From: Eledone cirrhosa | Taxonomy: Eukaryota | Assembly (NCBI GenBank): GCA_964016885.1 | Contig: OZ024762.1 | Location: 20,522,001 to 20,586,000 of the forward strand | DNA length: 64,000 nucleotides | Reading direction: 5' to 3' | Shown here: positions 38,715-51,624 of the stretch, piece after piece | Position numbering within the stretch: position 1 is the stretch's first letter | Layout of the letters: every line of letters starts with the position of its first letter | Made by a program: the position numbers and the translations under genes | Notes under the pieces: model-generated | What the model saw: the letters and a program-made list of their open reading frames with translations, nothing else | The model's database searches: none | What the model was told of the DNA's origin: nothing

Positions 38715-39665
38715 TATCATCATCATCGCCACCACCACTATCATCATCATCATAACCACCATCATGACCATCATTATCATCATCATCATAACCACCACCA
38801 CCATCATCACCACTAACATCACCACCACCACCATCATCATCACAACCACCACTATCCTCATCATCATAGTCACCAGCATGACCATCATCATCATCATCAT
38901 AACCACCACCACCACCATCATCACCACCACTACCACCATCATTATAACCTCCACCACCACCACCATCATCATCATCGTCCCCACCATCACCACCACCACC
39001 GCCATCCTCATCACCATAATCACCATCATCATCACCACAACCACCACCGCCACCATCATCATAACCACCATCATCCCCACAACCACTGCCACCACCACCA
39101 CCACCCCACCACAACCACCACCGCCACCACCACCATCATCACCATCATCATCATCAACAACAAGTGAATTTTGTTAATATCCCAAATAACCTTCACACAT
39201 TTAAAAAGAGTTTATTATGAATGGACGGTGTGACGGAGGAGGCTGGTGATGGTGGTGTGGAGGAGAGGGATGGTAGGTGGTGTGGGGGAGATGGTAGGAA
39301 GAGTGGGGTGGGGAGAGGGATGCTAATACGGTCCATTAGCCAACAGCAGATATGCAATAGCTAAATGGTATTTTAAAGTGATACTTTCAATTCTCAATGG
39401 TCTCATCTCCTCCCCACTCCCTCTCCTTCCTCCCACTACCATCGCTGCCGCCATTATCGTCACCATCACCAAAACCACCACTACCACCATCATCATCATC
39501 ATCATCACCATCACTGCCCCCCCCCCACTACCATCATCACCACCACCGTCACCACCAACACTACCACCACTGTCATCATCACCACCACCCCACTACCACC
39601 ACCACCACCACCAACACTACCACCATTGTCATCATCACCATCACTGCCACCACCACCACCAATGA
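38715..39665. repeat. (CAT/CAC)n trinucleotide low-complexity blocks
   Basis: Direct reading; source of the Gly/Asp and Val/Met ORFs. Confidence 0.88.
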
Positions 39666-39767
39666 CAACACCACTGTCAATATAGTTTTCAATATCTAAT
39701 TGGTTACATGCCTAATTAGCTTCCCTTTTATGCAATACTGAATTGAAATGGTGATGCTTATATAGTC

Positions 39768-41321
39768 CAAACAACCAACTAACAGGCCAACCAACCAACT
39801 TACCAACTAACAGGCCAACCAACCAACTTACCAACTAACAGGCCAACCAACCAACTTACCAACTAACAGGCCAACCAACCAACTTACCAACTAACAGGCC
39901 AACCAACCAACTTACCAACTAACAGGCCAACCAACCAACTAACCAACTAACAGGCCAACCAACCAACTAACCAACTAACAGGCCAACCAACCAACTTACC
40001 GACAAACAGGCCAACCAACCAACCAACTTACCAACTAACAGGACAACCAACCAACTTACCAACAAACAGGCCAACCAACCAACTAACCAACTAACAGGCC
40101 AACCAACCAACTTACCAACAAACAGGCCAACCAACCAACTTACCAACTAACAGGCCAACCAACCAACTTACCAACAAACAGGCCAACCAACCAACTTACC
40201 AACTAACAGGCCAACCAACCAACTAACTAACTAACTAACAGGACAACCAACCAACTTACCAACAAACAGGCCAACCAACCAACTTACCAACAAACAGGCC
40301 AACCAACCAACTTACCAACTAACAGGCCAACCAACCAACTAACTAATTAACTAACAGGCCAACCAACCAACTTACCAACAAACAGGCCAACCAACCAACT
40401 TACCAACTAACAGGCCAACCAACCAACTTACCAACAAACAGGCCAACCAACCAACTAACCAACTAACAGGCCAACCAACCAACTTACCAACTAACAGGCC
40501 AACCAACCAACTTACCAACAAACAGGCCAACCAACCAACTTACCAACTAACAGGCCAACCAACCAACTTACCAACAAACAGGCCAACCAACCAACTTACC
40601 AACTAACAGGCCAACCAACCAACTTACCAACAAACAGGCCAACCAACCAACTTACCAACTAACAGGCCAACCAACCAACTTACCAACTAACAGGCCAACC
40701 AACCAACTTACCAACAAACAGGCCAACCAACCAACTTACCAACCAACCAACTTACCAACTAACAGGCCAACCAACCAACTTACCAACAAACAGGCCAACC
40801 AACCAACTTACCAACTAACAGGCCAACCAACCAACTTACCAACTAACAGGCCAACCAACCAACTTACCAACAAACAGGCCAACCAACCAACTTACCAACT
40901 AACAGGCCAACCAACCAACTTACCAACTAACAGGCCAACCAACCAACTTACCAACAAACAGGCCAACCAACCAACTTACCAACTAACAGGCCAACCAACC
41001 AACTTACCAACTAACAGGCCAACCAACCAACTTACCAACAAACAGGCCAACCAACCAACTTACCAACTAACAGGCCAACCAACCAACTTACCAACAAACA
41101 GGCCAACCAACCAACTTACCAACTAACAGGCCAACCAACCAACTTACCAACTAACAGGCCAACCAACCAACTTACCAACAAACAGGCCAACCAACCAACT
41201 TACCAACTAACAGGCCAACCAACCAACTTACCAACTAACAGGCCAACCAACCAACTTACCAACAAACAGGCCAACCAACCAACTTACCAACTAACAAGCC
41301 AACCAACCAACTAACCAACCA
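39768..41321. repeat. 28-bp minisatellite, ~55 copies
   Basis: Unit accaac(t/a)aacaggccaaccaaccaactt (period 39783 to 39811). Confidence 0.96.
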
Positions 41322-42135
41322 ATTTACTGGCAGAAGGGCAAAGTTGATTAAATCGACCCCAAATACTTGACTAGTATTTTATTTTATGGATTTCAGAAGG
41401 ATGAAATGTAAAGTTGATCTCATTAGGATTTGAACTCAGAGCACTGTGCAACGAACCACAACAAATACAAACGCATTTAAAAAAAAAATCCTACGCCCTC
41501 ATGACTGTCAATTTTCTGCCTTTCATTTAGTGAATATAAGAAATCAATATTGTAAAAATATAAGAAATCAATATTTGAGCATATTGTAAAGATATCAGTT
41601 TTTAATTGAGGCACAAGACCAGCAAACTCTGGCAGAAGGGTAAAGTTGATTAAATCAACCCTCAGTTGACTGGTACTTGTATGTATGAGTGACTGATGGT
41701 CTTCCTCAAAAACATCTTTCCCAGGTTTGTCCTTTTGAGGAGAACATTCTAGGTTCAAATTCCATGACCGAAGATGGGTTCTTTACCCTTTTTTTACTAT
41801 CTTATCAACCCAAGAAGGATGAAATGTAAAGTTGGCCTCAGCAGGACTTGAACTCAGAGCACTGTACAGCAAATAACAACAAATACAAATGTATTCATGA
41901 CCAAAGTGGGGGGAGGGGCTCTTAACTCTTTTTTTTACTATCTTATTGACCCTAGAAGGATGGAATGTAAAGTTGACCTCAGCAGGATTTGAACTCAGAG
42001 TGTTGTGCAATGAACCACAAAAAATCCAAAGGCATTTTTTTTGTTTAATCCTACGCCCTAATGACTCTGTCATATTACTGCCTTTCCTTTAGTGAACATA
42101 AGAAATCAATATTTGAGAACATTGTAAAGATATTG
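41322..42135 (-). mobile_element. Cluster of diverged, locally duplicated MetaSINE copies
   Basis: gaaggatgaaatgtaaagttg..ggatttgaactcagag at ~41396, ~41815 and ~41956. Confidence 0.7.
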
Positions 42136-42502
42136 AGAATTGCTGATACAGAGAAAACTGAACTGATGTGTTAAGACTTTCTCTGGTGTTTTTTCCTTTC
42201 TTTTTCTGTTTCTTTGTTTAGTTTTGTTTTATGATTCAGTTTAAAAATACGAGAGACTTCACTGATGATGGATAGTTTATTGAATTTAACGAAACTTCAA
42301 ATAAATAAATATATAAAACAAATGAATAAAGACAGCCAAAGAAAAAAATGATGAATTCGTTAGATGAAAAAACGATTTTTTTTCTTACATTTATTTATCA
42401 TCATCATCATCAGCATCATCATCACCACCACCACCACTATCACCACCACCATCATCATCATCATCACCACCACCATCATCATCATCATCATCACCATCGT
42501 CG

Positions 42503-42549
<47 letters not shown>

Positions 42550-42566
42550 ATTATTATCATTATTGG

Positions 42567-42750
42567 TTTGGCAGTATCGGTAGAGGGTCGGACGCCATGC
42601 TTTGCAGATAGAACTATGGCTCTTTATGTTCTGAGTTCAAATCCAGCCGAGGTTAACTTTGCCTTTCATTCTTACAGGGTCGATAAAATACAGTACCAGT
42701 AATGCACTGGGGTAATTGCTGGCCTTGTGCCAAAAGTAGAAACACTTATT
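42567..42750 (+). mobile_element. MetaSINE
   Basis: tggcagtatcggtagag head, gagttcaaatcc B box, Meta domain. Confidence 0.85.
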
Positions 42751-42840
42751 ATTCATATTCATTTTCACAGTAATGATCTTAACCCTGAATCATTTAATTG
42801 ACTCCCTATCAAGTTATGTAACCCCAAATAAACAATATGT

Positions 42841-43128
42841 GGAGGCACATGGCCTAGTGGTAAGGGTATTGGACTTACAATCATAAGGCTGTGGGTTCCA
42901 TTCCTAGGCTGAGTTGCATGTTGTCTTCTTGAACAAAACATTTCATTTCACGTTGTTCCAGTATACTCAGCTGAAAATGAGTACCAGCAATAGCTGGAGG
43001 TTTAACCCTGGGATGGACTGGCATCCTGTCCAAGGGGAAGTTTTGTACTCTCAGTTGTTTCACGCCATGAAACCGAGATAAGCACCAGCCTAATGAGATT
43101 TCTGGCTTAAAACAGACTTCAGACTTAG
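42841..43128 (+). mobile_element. CORE-SINE variant with gatggactggcatcctgtcc body and (agactt) tail
   Basis: ggaggcacatggcctagtgg head; second copy at 48419-48915. Confidence 0.8.
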
Positions 43129-43214
43129 ATAAAGAATAATTTCCGCAGGATATTTACTGTTCCCCAAAATGTTGTTTTCTGTAATGTTGTATTGCTGGTA
43201 CCGATTCCAATTCT

Positions 43215-43790
43215 ATCAAGGTTTTTCTGAAGGTTTTTCATCACCAACCCAAGTGTTTCAGTCACAATTGGTACCACTGTTGCTTTCATATTCCACATTC
43301 TCTAGACATCTATTTTCAAGTCTGTATATTTTACAATTTTCTCATTTTCATTCTCATTGATGTAATGGTCTCCTGGGCAAGCTACATCAATCAACAAACA
43401 CCTCCTTTCATTAGCTTTCTTCACCAAAGTTATGTCTAGCCTGGTATTTTCAAGAATTCTATCTGTCTAGATTGTAAAGTCCCAAAAGAGTTTCACAGTC
43501 TGATTTTCTAGGACTTTCTCTGGTTTATGCTGATACCATTTCTCAGAGTTTGAAAACCTATATTTCTTGCATAAAGACCAATAGAGGTGTGAGCACATTT
43601 TACCATGACACCTTTCACATTCCCTCAGCACAAGCAAGCCATTGGCACTCACGATGTGTGTCACACTTTCCAACCTTCTTCCCACATAACCTACACTTAT
43701 TTGTTTCATCTGAGTTATACATATTCCTTATCACGTTTGTGTTTAGTGCTTGATCTTGAGCAGCTATTAATAAACTCCACCCCAACAAAA
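43215..43790 (-). mobile_element. R4/Dong-like RLE LINE 3' fragment (degenerate)
   Basis: ESVTHIVS..HLYWSLCKKY..WYQHKPEKVLEN..KLFWDFTI*TD..LIDVACPGD is the zinc-knuckle/RLE region; adjacent to TAA repeats. Confidence 0.75.
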
Positions 43791-43807
43791 AATAATAATT
43801 ATTATTA

Positions 43808-44900
43808 TCATAGAGTTACGGCCCTTTATGATCTGAGTTCAAATTCCACCGAGGTTAATGTTGCCTTTCATCCTTACAGGGTCGATAAAATAAAGTACCG
43901 GTAATGCACTGAGATCAATTTAATTGACTTTCCCCTGCCCCAAAATTGCTGGCCTTGTGCCTATATAAGAAACCATTATTATTATTATTATTATTAGGGC
44001 GGTGGATTGGCAGTATCAGTAGCCCTCTACTGATACTGCCAATCTTTCCAGCATAGTTACGTCCCTTTACGATCTGAGTTCAAATCCTGCCGAGGTTAAC
44101 TTTGCCTTTCATCCTTACAGGGTCGATAAAATAAAGTACCAGTAATGCACTGGGTAATTGCTGGCCTTGTGCCTAAAGTAGAAACAATTATTATTATTAT
44201 TATTATTATTATTAGTAGTATTATTAGAGTAGTTAAGGGCGGTGTATTGGCAGAATTGGTAGAGTGCTGGACAACATGCCTCATGTCATAGAGTTACGTC
44301 TTTTTAAGTTCTGAGTTCAACTCCCGCCGTGATTAACTTTGCCTTTCATCATTACGGGGTCGATAACATAAAGTACCAGTAACACACTGGGATCGATTTA
44401 ATTGACTTACCCCTCCCCCTAAAATTGTCGGCCTTGTGTCTAAATCAGAAACTATTATTATTAGAGAAGTGGTGGATTGGCAGTATTGGTAGAGGGTTGG
44501 ACGCCATGCTTTCCAGCATAGTTACGTCCCTTTATGATCTGAGTTCAAATCCCGCCGAGGTTGACTTTGCCTTTCATCCTTACGGGGTCGATAAAATAAA
44601 GTACCAGTAATGCACTGGGTAATTGCTGGCCTTGTGCCTAAAGTAGAAACAATTATTATTAGAGAAGTGGATCGGAGGACGATTGGGGCATCAAAATGAA
44701 ATACATTGCAGTATTTTGTTAGGATACTTTCTCTATGTTCTGTTTCAAAACCTGCAAGAGTTCCCTTTGGCTTTCATCCTTTGTAGATCGACAAAATAAA
44801 ATACCAGTAGTACCAGTAATGAACTGGGGAGGTGGGGTATTATAACTGACTTTGCCCTTCCTCCAGATTGCTGGCCTTGTATCAATGATAGGAATTAATA
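43808..44900 (+). mobile_element. Head-to-tail cluster of about 5 MetaSINE copies separated by (TAT)n
   Basis: Meta domain at ~43862, 44103, 44341, 44569 and 44770. Confidence 0.85.
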
Positions 44901-45084
44901 TCTCTTACTATATTTAAACATTTTCTCAGCCATGGAAGTAAAAAAAAAAAAAAAAAAAAAAACAGTAGAAAAGAAAGAAGAATTAGTCTAATAAAATTGT
45001 ATTTGGGGAGAAATGTTCAGGTAAATCTAAAGAGAGACATGGAAAAGACAGTACACCATTGTCTTGGTTTCTGGGGAACAACGA

Positions 45085-45793
45085 GAAGGACAACAACAAC
45101 AACAATAACATCAATAACAATACAAAAAAAAAACAGACAATAATAACAATAATAATAACAATAATAATAATAACAACAACAACAATAATAACAATAATAA
45201 CAACAATGCAAAAGAAAAACACACAGAAAACAGAAAACAATAACATTAATAATAACAATAACAACACAAAAGAAAAACACACAAACAATAACAACAATAA
45301 CAAAAAGACAAAAGAAAAACAGTAAATAAAAAAAAAGCACAGACGACAACAATAACAACAACAGCAGCAACGGAAGCAGAAACAACAGCTTTTATATTTG
45401 CTGTAAGTCTGAGAGTCTGGTAGAAAAAGAGTTAAATTTGGCAGTTGTGAGGGAGTGGTGGGGTGGGGGTGGGGGTCGTAGGCAGAGTGGGGAGCGAGGT
45501 CGGAGGCAGCAAGGAGGGTAGGGAGGGTTTGGAGGCAGGATAGGGGGCCGAAGGCAGGTTGGAGGTGGGGCTTAGAGGCAGCGTGGAGGGTCGGGGTGGA
45601 GCGGAGTGGTGGAGGAGAGTAATGGATGAGAAATAATAGCTACAATAAGGAAAGGAAAAAGAAAACAAAAACAACAGCATCATCATCATCATTATTACCA
45701 TCAACAACAGCAAAAACAACAACAACAACAATAACACCAGTAGTAACAACAACAACAGCAACAACAATAACACCAGTAGTAACAACAACAACG

Positions 45794-45825
<32 letters not shown>

Positions 45826-45860
45826 AGCAGCAACAGCAACAACAACAACAACAATAACAA
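45085..45860. repeat. (AAC/AAT)n low-complexity tracts flanking a G-rich segment (45450-45620)
   Basis: Direct reading. Confidence 0.85.
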
Positions 45861-46011
45861 CTGAAGATGAGACAAGAAATCCAATGAAATTCTAAAAATG
45901 GAAGACAAATGGTGAGAAAATGACTAAAAAATATACATAACAATAAAAATGGGTGGTGTGAAGTAGAAGAAAAAGTATTAGACAAAACTAAAGGACCTAC
46001 CTATCTACCTA

Positions 46012-46078
<67 letters not shown>

Positions 46079-46083
46079 TTGTG

Positions 46084-46140
<57 letters not shown>

Positions 46141-46145
46141 ATATA

Positions 46146-46202
<57 letters not shown>

Positions 46203-46487
46203 TTGTGTATATATATAAACATATATATATATATATATGTATATATATACATATATATATATCATATTTTAAATGCTGGAGCGAACAACAATAGGGAAAG
46301 ACAAAAAGAAAACAAAAACAACACCATCATCATCATTATTATCAACAACAGTAGCAGCTTACTTGCTTTTATATATATATTTATATATATATGTATATAT
46401 TTATATATATATCTATCTATCTATATATATATATTTATATATATATGTATATATATATATTTATATATATATGTATATATATATATA

Positions 46488-46820
46488 TCATCATCATTTT
46501 TATGTCTGCTTTTCCCTGCTTGCAAGGGTGGGATGGGAACTGATTCTGACTAGATTTCTACAGCTGGATGCCCTTCCTAACACCAACCTCATTTACAGTG
46601 AGTGCTGGGTGCTTTTTTGCCGTGGCACCTCCATGACCACTTTACAGTGGAATGATAGGGACCCCAGTCCCTATCATCTCATTTGTACAGCGGAGTAAAC
46701 TGGAGCAATGTGAAATAAAGTGTCTTGCTCAAGGAAACAACACATCACCCGGTCTGAGAATTGAACTCACAACCTTTTGATTGCAAAGCCAATGCTCTAA
46801 CCACTAAGCCACGTGCCTCC
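46488..46820 (-). mobile_element. CORE-SINE full length
   Basis: Same structure as 23240-23590. Confidence 0.9.
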
Positions 46821-46826
46821 ATACTC

Positions 46827-46911
<85 letters not shown>

Positions 46912-47146
46912 AGAGAGAGAGAGAGAGATACCGGCAGAAGTAAAGACAATGATAAACATACCGTGAAGTAGTCACTTCATCTGTCTAGCTATATAACATG
47001 ACAGCCAGTCTATCACATGCCCACACATAAAATTGACGTTAAATGGTGGAGATGATGATGATGCTGATGTATATATATATATATATATATATACCATGAC
47101 TGAATCTTAACCATCTACTATGTCAGGGTATGTCATGTATCATTTT

Positions 47147-47203
47147 ATTTTATCTGATGAGGACGTACTATTGAACTTACCTCGGAAATATGTATAATAA
47201 AAT
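47147..47203 (+). ncRNA. Type I hammerhead ribozyme motif (family C, stem II partly deleted)
   Basis: attttat-CTGATGA-ggacgtac..tacctcg-GAAA-tatgta-TA-ataaaat. Confidence 0.68.
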
Positions 47204-47244
47204 ATAATTGATCACAAGAACATCTATTTTGTTAATATTTTGAA

Positions 47245-47286
<42 letters not shown>

Positions 47287-47315
47287 AACAAAAGATGGTT
47301 AAAAGAGTTCCATGT

Positions 47316-47384
47316 ATTTTATTATGCGCATTTCAAAAACAAATATCATCATGCAATAACATTTGTGTTTTCATCAGATAAAAT
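47316..47384 (-). ncRNA. Type I hammerhead ribozyme motif (family C-like, distinct stem II)
   Basis: Minus strand: attttat-CTGATGA-aaacacaaatgttatt(gcat)gatgatatttgttttt-GAAA-tgcgca-TA-ataaaat. Confidence 0.8.
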
Positions 47385-47438
47385 AGAAAGACATGATATG
47401 AAGGTTAAAAAACACTTGTGGATAGTGCAGTTTTAAAT

Positions 47439-47517
<79 letters not shown>

Positions 47518-47629
47518 TATATACATAGTATATATATATTATTAACACAGATTAAAAGTTTAAGCAAACAATTTCTGCTTTCACCCTAAATACACAAATG
47601 CGTATGATATATATAATATAATATAATAT

Positions 47630-47985
47630 AATTGTTTATACATTTGACACAAGGCCAGCAATTACCCAATACATTACTGGTACTTTATTTTATCGACCCC
47701 GTAAGGATGAAAGGCAAAGTTAACCTCGGCGGGATTTGAATGCAGATCGTAAAGGGCAGTAACTCTATGCTGCAAAGCATGGCGACCGACCCTCTACCAA
47801 TACTGCCAATTCACCGCCATTATATTGGATGCCTTGCTTTGCAGCAAAGAGATACGGCCCTTTATGGTCTGAGTTCAAATCCCGCCGAGGTTAACTTTGC
47901 CTTTCATCCTTACGGGGGTCGATAAAATAAAGTACCAGTAATGTATTGGGTAATTTCTGGCCTTGTACCAAAAGTAGAAACAATT
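47630..47985. mobile_element. Head-to-head MetaSINE pair (inverted)
   Basis: Minus copy 47630-47820 and plus copy 47830-47985. Confidence 0.85.
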
Positions 47986-48019
47986 ATATATATATACATA
48001 TATAACATAATATAATATA

Positions 48020-48350
48020 AAAATGCTGTAGACATTACAATACAATGCGAGGAAACAATAGCACCACTGATGATGTCACAGATGTGTGACTAAAGAACTT
48101 TGATAGACTATATATATATATTTATATCTGCATTTTTAACCGTTGGTCAATCATTGATAAACATTGATTGTCAGATAAATTAACTATGGAGATATAAAAT
48201 ATACAGAAGCGAAAAACCAATCCAGACCAAAAAGTGAGTGTGTTTTGTTATTATTTCTGGTAATATTATAACAATATGACCCTCCCCAAATATAACAATA
48301 TTTGTTTCAACACACGATTTCATATCAAAAACCTTGCAAAACAAATTCAT
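48020..48350 (+). mobile_element. HHR element family D copy (core GAAA changed to TAAA)
   Basis: CTGATGA-tgtcaca(gatg)tgtgac-taaa at 48067-48094; body as 12215-12532. Confidence 0.68.
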
Positions 48351-48418
48351 CACTGTATAATATATATTATATGTATATGTATATACAATATGTGGAGTAT
48401 ATATGTATATATAATATG

Positions 48419-48915
48419 TGGATGCACATGGACTAGTGGAAAGGCTGTTGGACTTACGATCATAATGTTGTGGATTCGATTCCTGGGCTGCGTGTTGTGT
48501 TCTTGAGCAAAACACTTCATTTCATGTTGCTCCAGTATACTCAACTGAAAATGAGTACCAGCAATAGCTGGGGGTTTAACCCTGTGATGGACTGGTGTCC
48601 TGTCCAGGGGGGAGTCTTGTACTCTCAGTCGCTTCACGCCATGAAACCGGGATATGCACTGGCCAAATGAGCCTTCTGGCTTAACCCTTTAGCATTCACA
48701 TTACTCTATATATACTATTATATTTTCATGGTAAAGGCTTTACCTCGCATAATTATCTCACATAATATCGAATCTATGAGATTTTGAAAGTATTTATTTT
48801 GAGAACAATACCTTAACATCAGTTTGAGCGACCAGTTACAGCTAGTTTCAATAGAAAGAGGCCAGTTTTGGCCGGTTTTAACATTAAAGGGTTAAGACAG
48901 ACTTTAGACTTTTTA
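48419..48915 (+). mobile_element. CORE-SINE variant interrupted by a piggyBac-type MITE
   Basis: Homologous to 42841-43128; rejoins tctggc|TTAA|gacagact. Confidence 0.8.
48685..48891. mobile_element. piggyBac-type MITE with TTAA TSD
   Basis: TTAA-ccctttagcatt...acattaaaggg-TTAA. Confidence 0.85.
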
Positions 48916-49346
48916 GATAATATATATTATAAGTATATATATGTATATATATATTTCCTTTCCTCAGATTTAAGTTAAATCTGTTCTCAAAACAAGAAAG
49001 TCAACCGATCAATCTTTTAAGTCTCTCATAGAGTTACTCCCCTGATAATGAGTCTTTAAACCCGAAAATATTTGGGATCATTAAATTTGCTAAGGTAAGA
49101 TTCTTCTGTTATCTTGGCGATTTAATGTTCTTCCTAATGTATTGTTTGGTTTTCAAAATCATTTAAATATATATATATTATTATTATTATTGTTATACTT
49201 TGGGAGGGTCATGTTGCCAATAAGAAACACACGCACCAGTTGCTTTCACTTCAATTTATTATATATTTATAAATTTACAAATTTACAAACTTATAAATTT
49301 CTGGTTGGTTGGTTGGTTCCACAACCAGATAGTTGTTTATATATAT

Positions 49347-49391
49347 AGTCATAGTCCTTTCGTCACACACTCTGTGACCTCTTCAGTGACT
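49347..49391 (-). ncRNA. Type I hammerhead ribozyme motif (mirror copy, family D)
   Basis: Exact reverse complement of 49464-49508. Confidence 0.8.
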
Positions 49392-49463
49392 GGGGATTCT
49401 TTTCTTCGTTTCTGTGCCTTTCCTTTCTTCTATCCTACGCCATTTGTGAAGAAAGGAATCCCC

Positions 49464-49508
49464 AGTCACTGAAGAGGTCACAGAGTGTGTGACGAAAGGA
49501 CTATGACT
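49464..49508 (+). ncRNA. Type I hammerhead ribozyme motif (family D)
   Basis: agtca-CTGAAGA-ggtcaca(gagtg)tgtgac-GAAA-ggac-TA-tgact. Confidence 0.82.
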
Positions 49509-49757
49509 ATATATATAAACAACTATCTGGTTGTGGAACCAACCAACCAACCAGAAATTTATAAGCTTGTAAATTTGTAAATTTGTAAATTTATAAATAT
49601 ATAATAAATTGAAGTGAAAGCAACTGGTGCGTGTGTTTCTTATTGGCAACATGACCCTCCCAAAGTATAACAATATCGGTTTCAACACACGATTTCAGAT
49701 AAAGAATCTTGCTAAACAAATTCAGAAACGAATTATTATTATTATTATTACTATTAT

Positions 49758-49827
<70 letters not shown>

Positions 49828-49854
49828 TATATATATATATATATATACATTATA

Positions 49855-50135
49855 TTAATAAATGGAAACTATATTTATAAAACCATAATTATTTTATTAT
49901 ATATATTTCAAGGGCAACCAAGGTAAATTTTGGTGCGCTTTCATCAGATAAAATAAAAAATTTGTTTTATAAATGTTGACATACCTGCAGAAGAACAACC
50001 TTGACGGTTTTATAAATATAGTTTCCATTTATTAATATAATGAATATTTACTCCACTAATCTGTTGAGTGCTTTATATCAGTTATAAAACTTTTAAGTTT
50101 GTTGAATTCCAACAAATTAAATATAACCTTTGTAT
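49855..50135 (+). mobile_element. Family C element with a short inverted arm; hammerhead at 49891-49954 (-)
   Basis: Minus strand: attttat-CTGATGA-aagcgcaccaa..ttggttgccctt-GAAA-tatata-TA-ataaaat; 3' body as 4570-4700. Confidence 0.78.
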
Positions 50136-50171
50136 ATATATATATATGTATTATGTATGTATATATATATA

Positions 50172-50537
50172 TGTATTGGATGTGCAATGTCAATGTGTGT
50201 GTACGACCAAGCATAGATGAGTTGAGAAAGAAACTGGGTATAAGAGAGATAAGTTGTGGTGTGCAGGAGAGAAGGCTGAGATGGTATGGACATGTGATGC
50301 GCATGGAGGATGACCGATGGGTGAAGAAGTGCCAGGAAGTCCCAGTGGAGGGAAGATGCAGTAGAGGTAGACCACGTAAAACATGGGCGGAGGTGGTGAG
50401 AGCAGACCTCAGATCGCTGAAACTCACGGAGGAGATGACGAAGGACCGTGACAAGTGGAGAGATGCTGTGCTGAATAGGACCCGTCCAACCCTTGCAAGC
50501 AGGGAAAAGGGAAAAATGATGATGATGATGACGATGA
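50172..50537 (+). mobile_element. RTE-LINE 3' fragment whose terminus matches the CORE-SINE tail
   Basis: WMCNV..ERRLRWYGHVMRMEDD..GRPRKTW..DRDKWR; ends ccgtccaacccttgcaagcagggaaaag..(ATG)n. Confidence 0.9.
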
Positions 50538-50844
50538 TAATATATATATATATTATGAATGTATTTATGTATTGAGTAAGAGAATGTCCATGACATTTGA
50601 AGGTCAAAAATAAAAGTAGTTTTTTTGTCTTTTCTATTCCATAAACCAAACATTTGCAGAAGAAAATGAAAATGTTCTTTAATCCTTCCTAATGCACCTC
50701 CCTGCCCCTCCCTCTTCCCCGCCCTTCCCCCTACATAAAAACAAAACAATCAGAAAATGAATTTTTTCAATTTTCTAATATTTTTCTGTTGATTTTTAAT
50801 ATTTTTAATGTTTAATTTGTCAAATTACTTGCTTTATTTCAGCA

Positions 50845-51165
50845 ATTTCTTTCTCTCTCTCTCTCTTTTTTCTTTCTCTCTCTCTCTTTCTTTTTTCTTT
50901 CTTTTTCTTTCTCTCTCTCTCTTTCTTTTTTATTTATTTCTCTCTATCTCCTTTTTTCTTTCTTTCTTTCTATCTCTTCTTATTTATTTTTTCTTTCTTT
51001 CTCTCTCTCTCTCTGTCCCCTTTTTTTCTTTTTCCTTTCTCTCTCCTTATTTTCTTTTTTCTTTCTTTCTCTCTCTTCCATTTTTTCTTTCTTTCTCCCC
51101 CCTCTCCCCCTCCATTTTTTCTTTTTCTTAAAGATATTTCTATTTTCTCCTCTCCCTCTCCTCCA
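50845..51165. repeat. Polypyrimidine (CT/T) tract
   Basis: Direct reading. Confidence 0.9.
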
Positions 51166-51624
51166 CCCAACACCCTTGTCATCTAAGTTTTATTTCTAAA
51201 CAATTGATTCAAAATTAATAACCTGTAAACGTTTAATTCTCTATTTGAAGCTGGAAAAAAATATACAACAACAACAACAATCTTCCTAACATTGGCACAA
51301 GGCCAGCAATTTTGAGGGAAAATGGTAAATCAATTATAAAACCCCCAGTATTTGACTGGTACATATATGCATACATCTATCTAGGGCAGGTAAAATTTCC
51401 AAGATCCATGGACAAGTTCTCTACAGCGGTCTCTGTCCCTCATCATTGCTGCCATGTCCTGCGTCTCCAAGAGACCTGTGTCTGTCCTTAGGACATCAAC
51501 ATATGTCAACATATGTCAACCTCATACATACATATAAACATACATATAAATATATACGTACATATAAACATACATATATTCAAACATACATACATAGATA
51601 TAAAAATACATATAAACATACCTA

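Larger units (their letters stand above)
49189..49735 (+). mobile_element. Fold-back HHR element family D, ~215-bp near-perfect arms
   Basis: Arms 49189-49400 and 49455-49675 with a ~55-bp spacer; flanked by (TAT)n/(TA)n. Confidence 0.88.

Noticed and set aside
42262-42300. CTGATGA...GAAA spacing like a hammerhead
   Set aside because: No convincing stem I or stem II pairing
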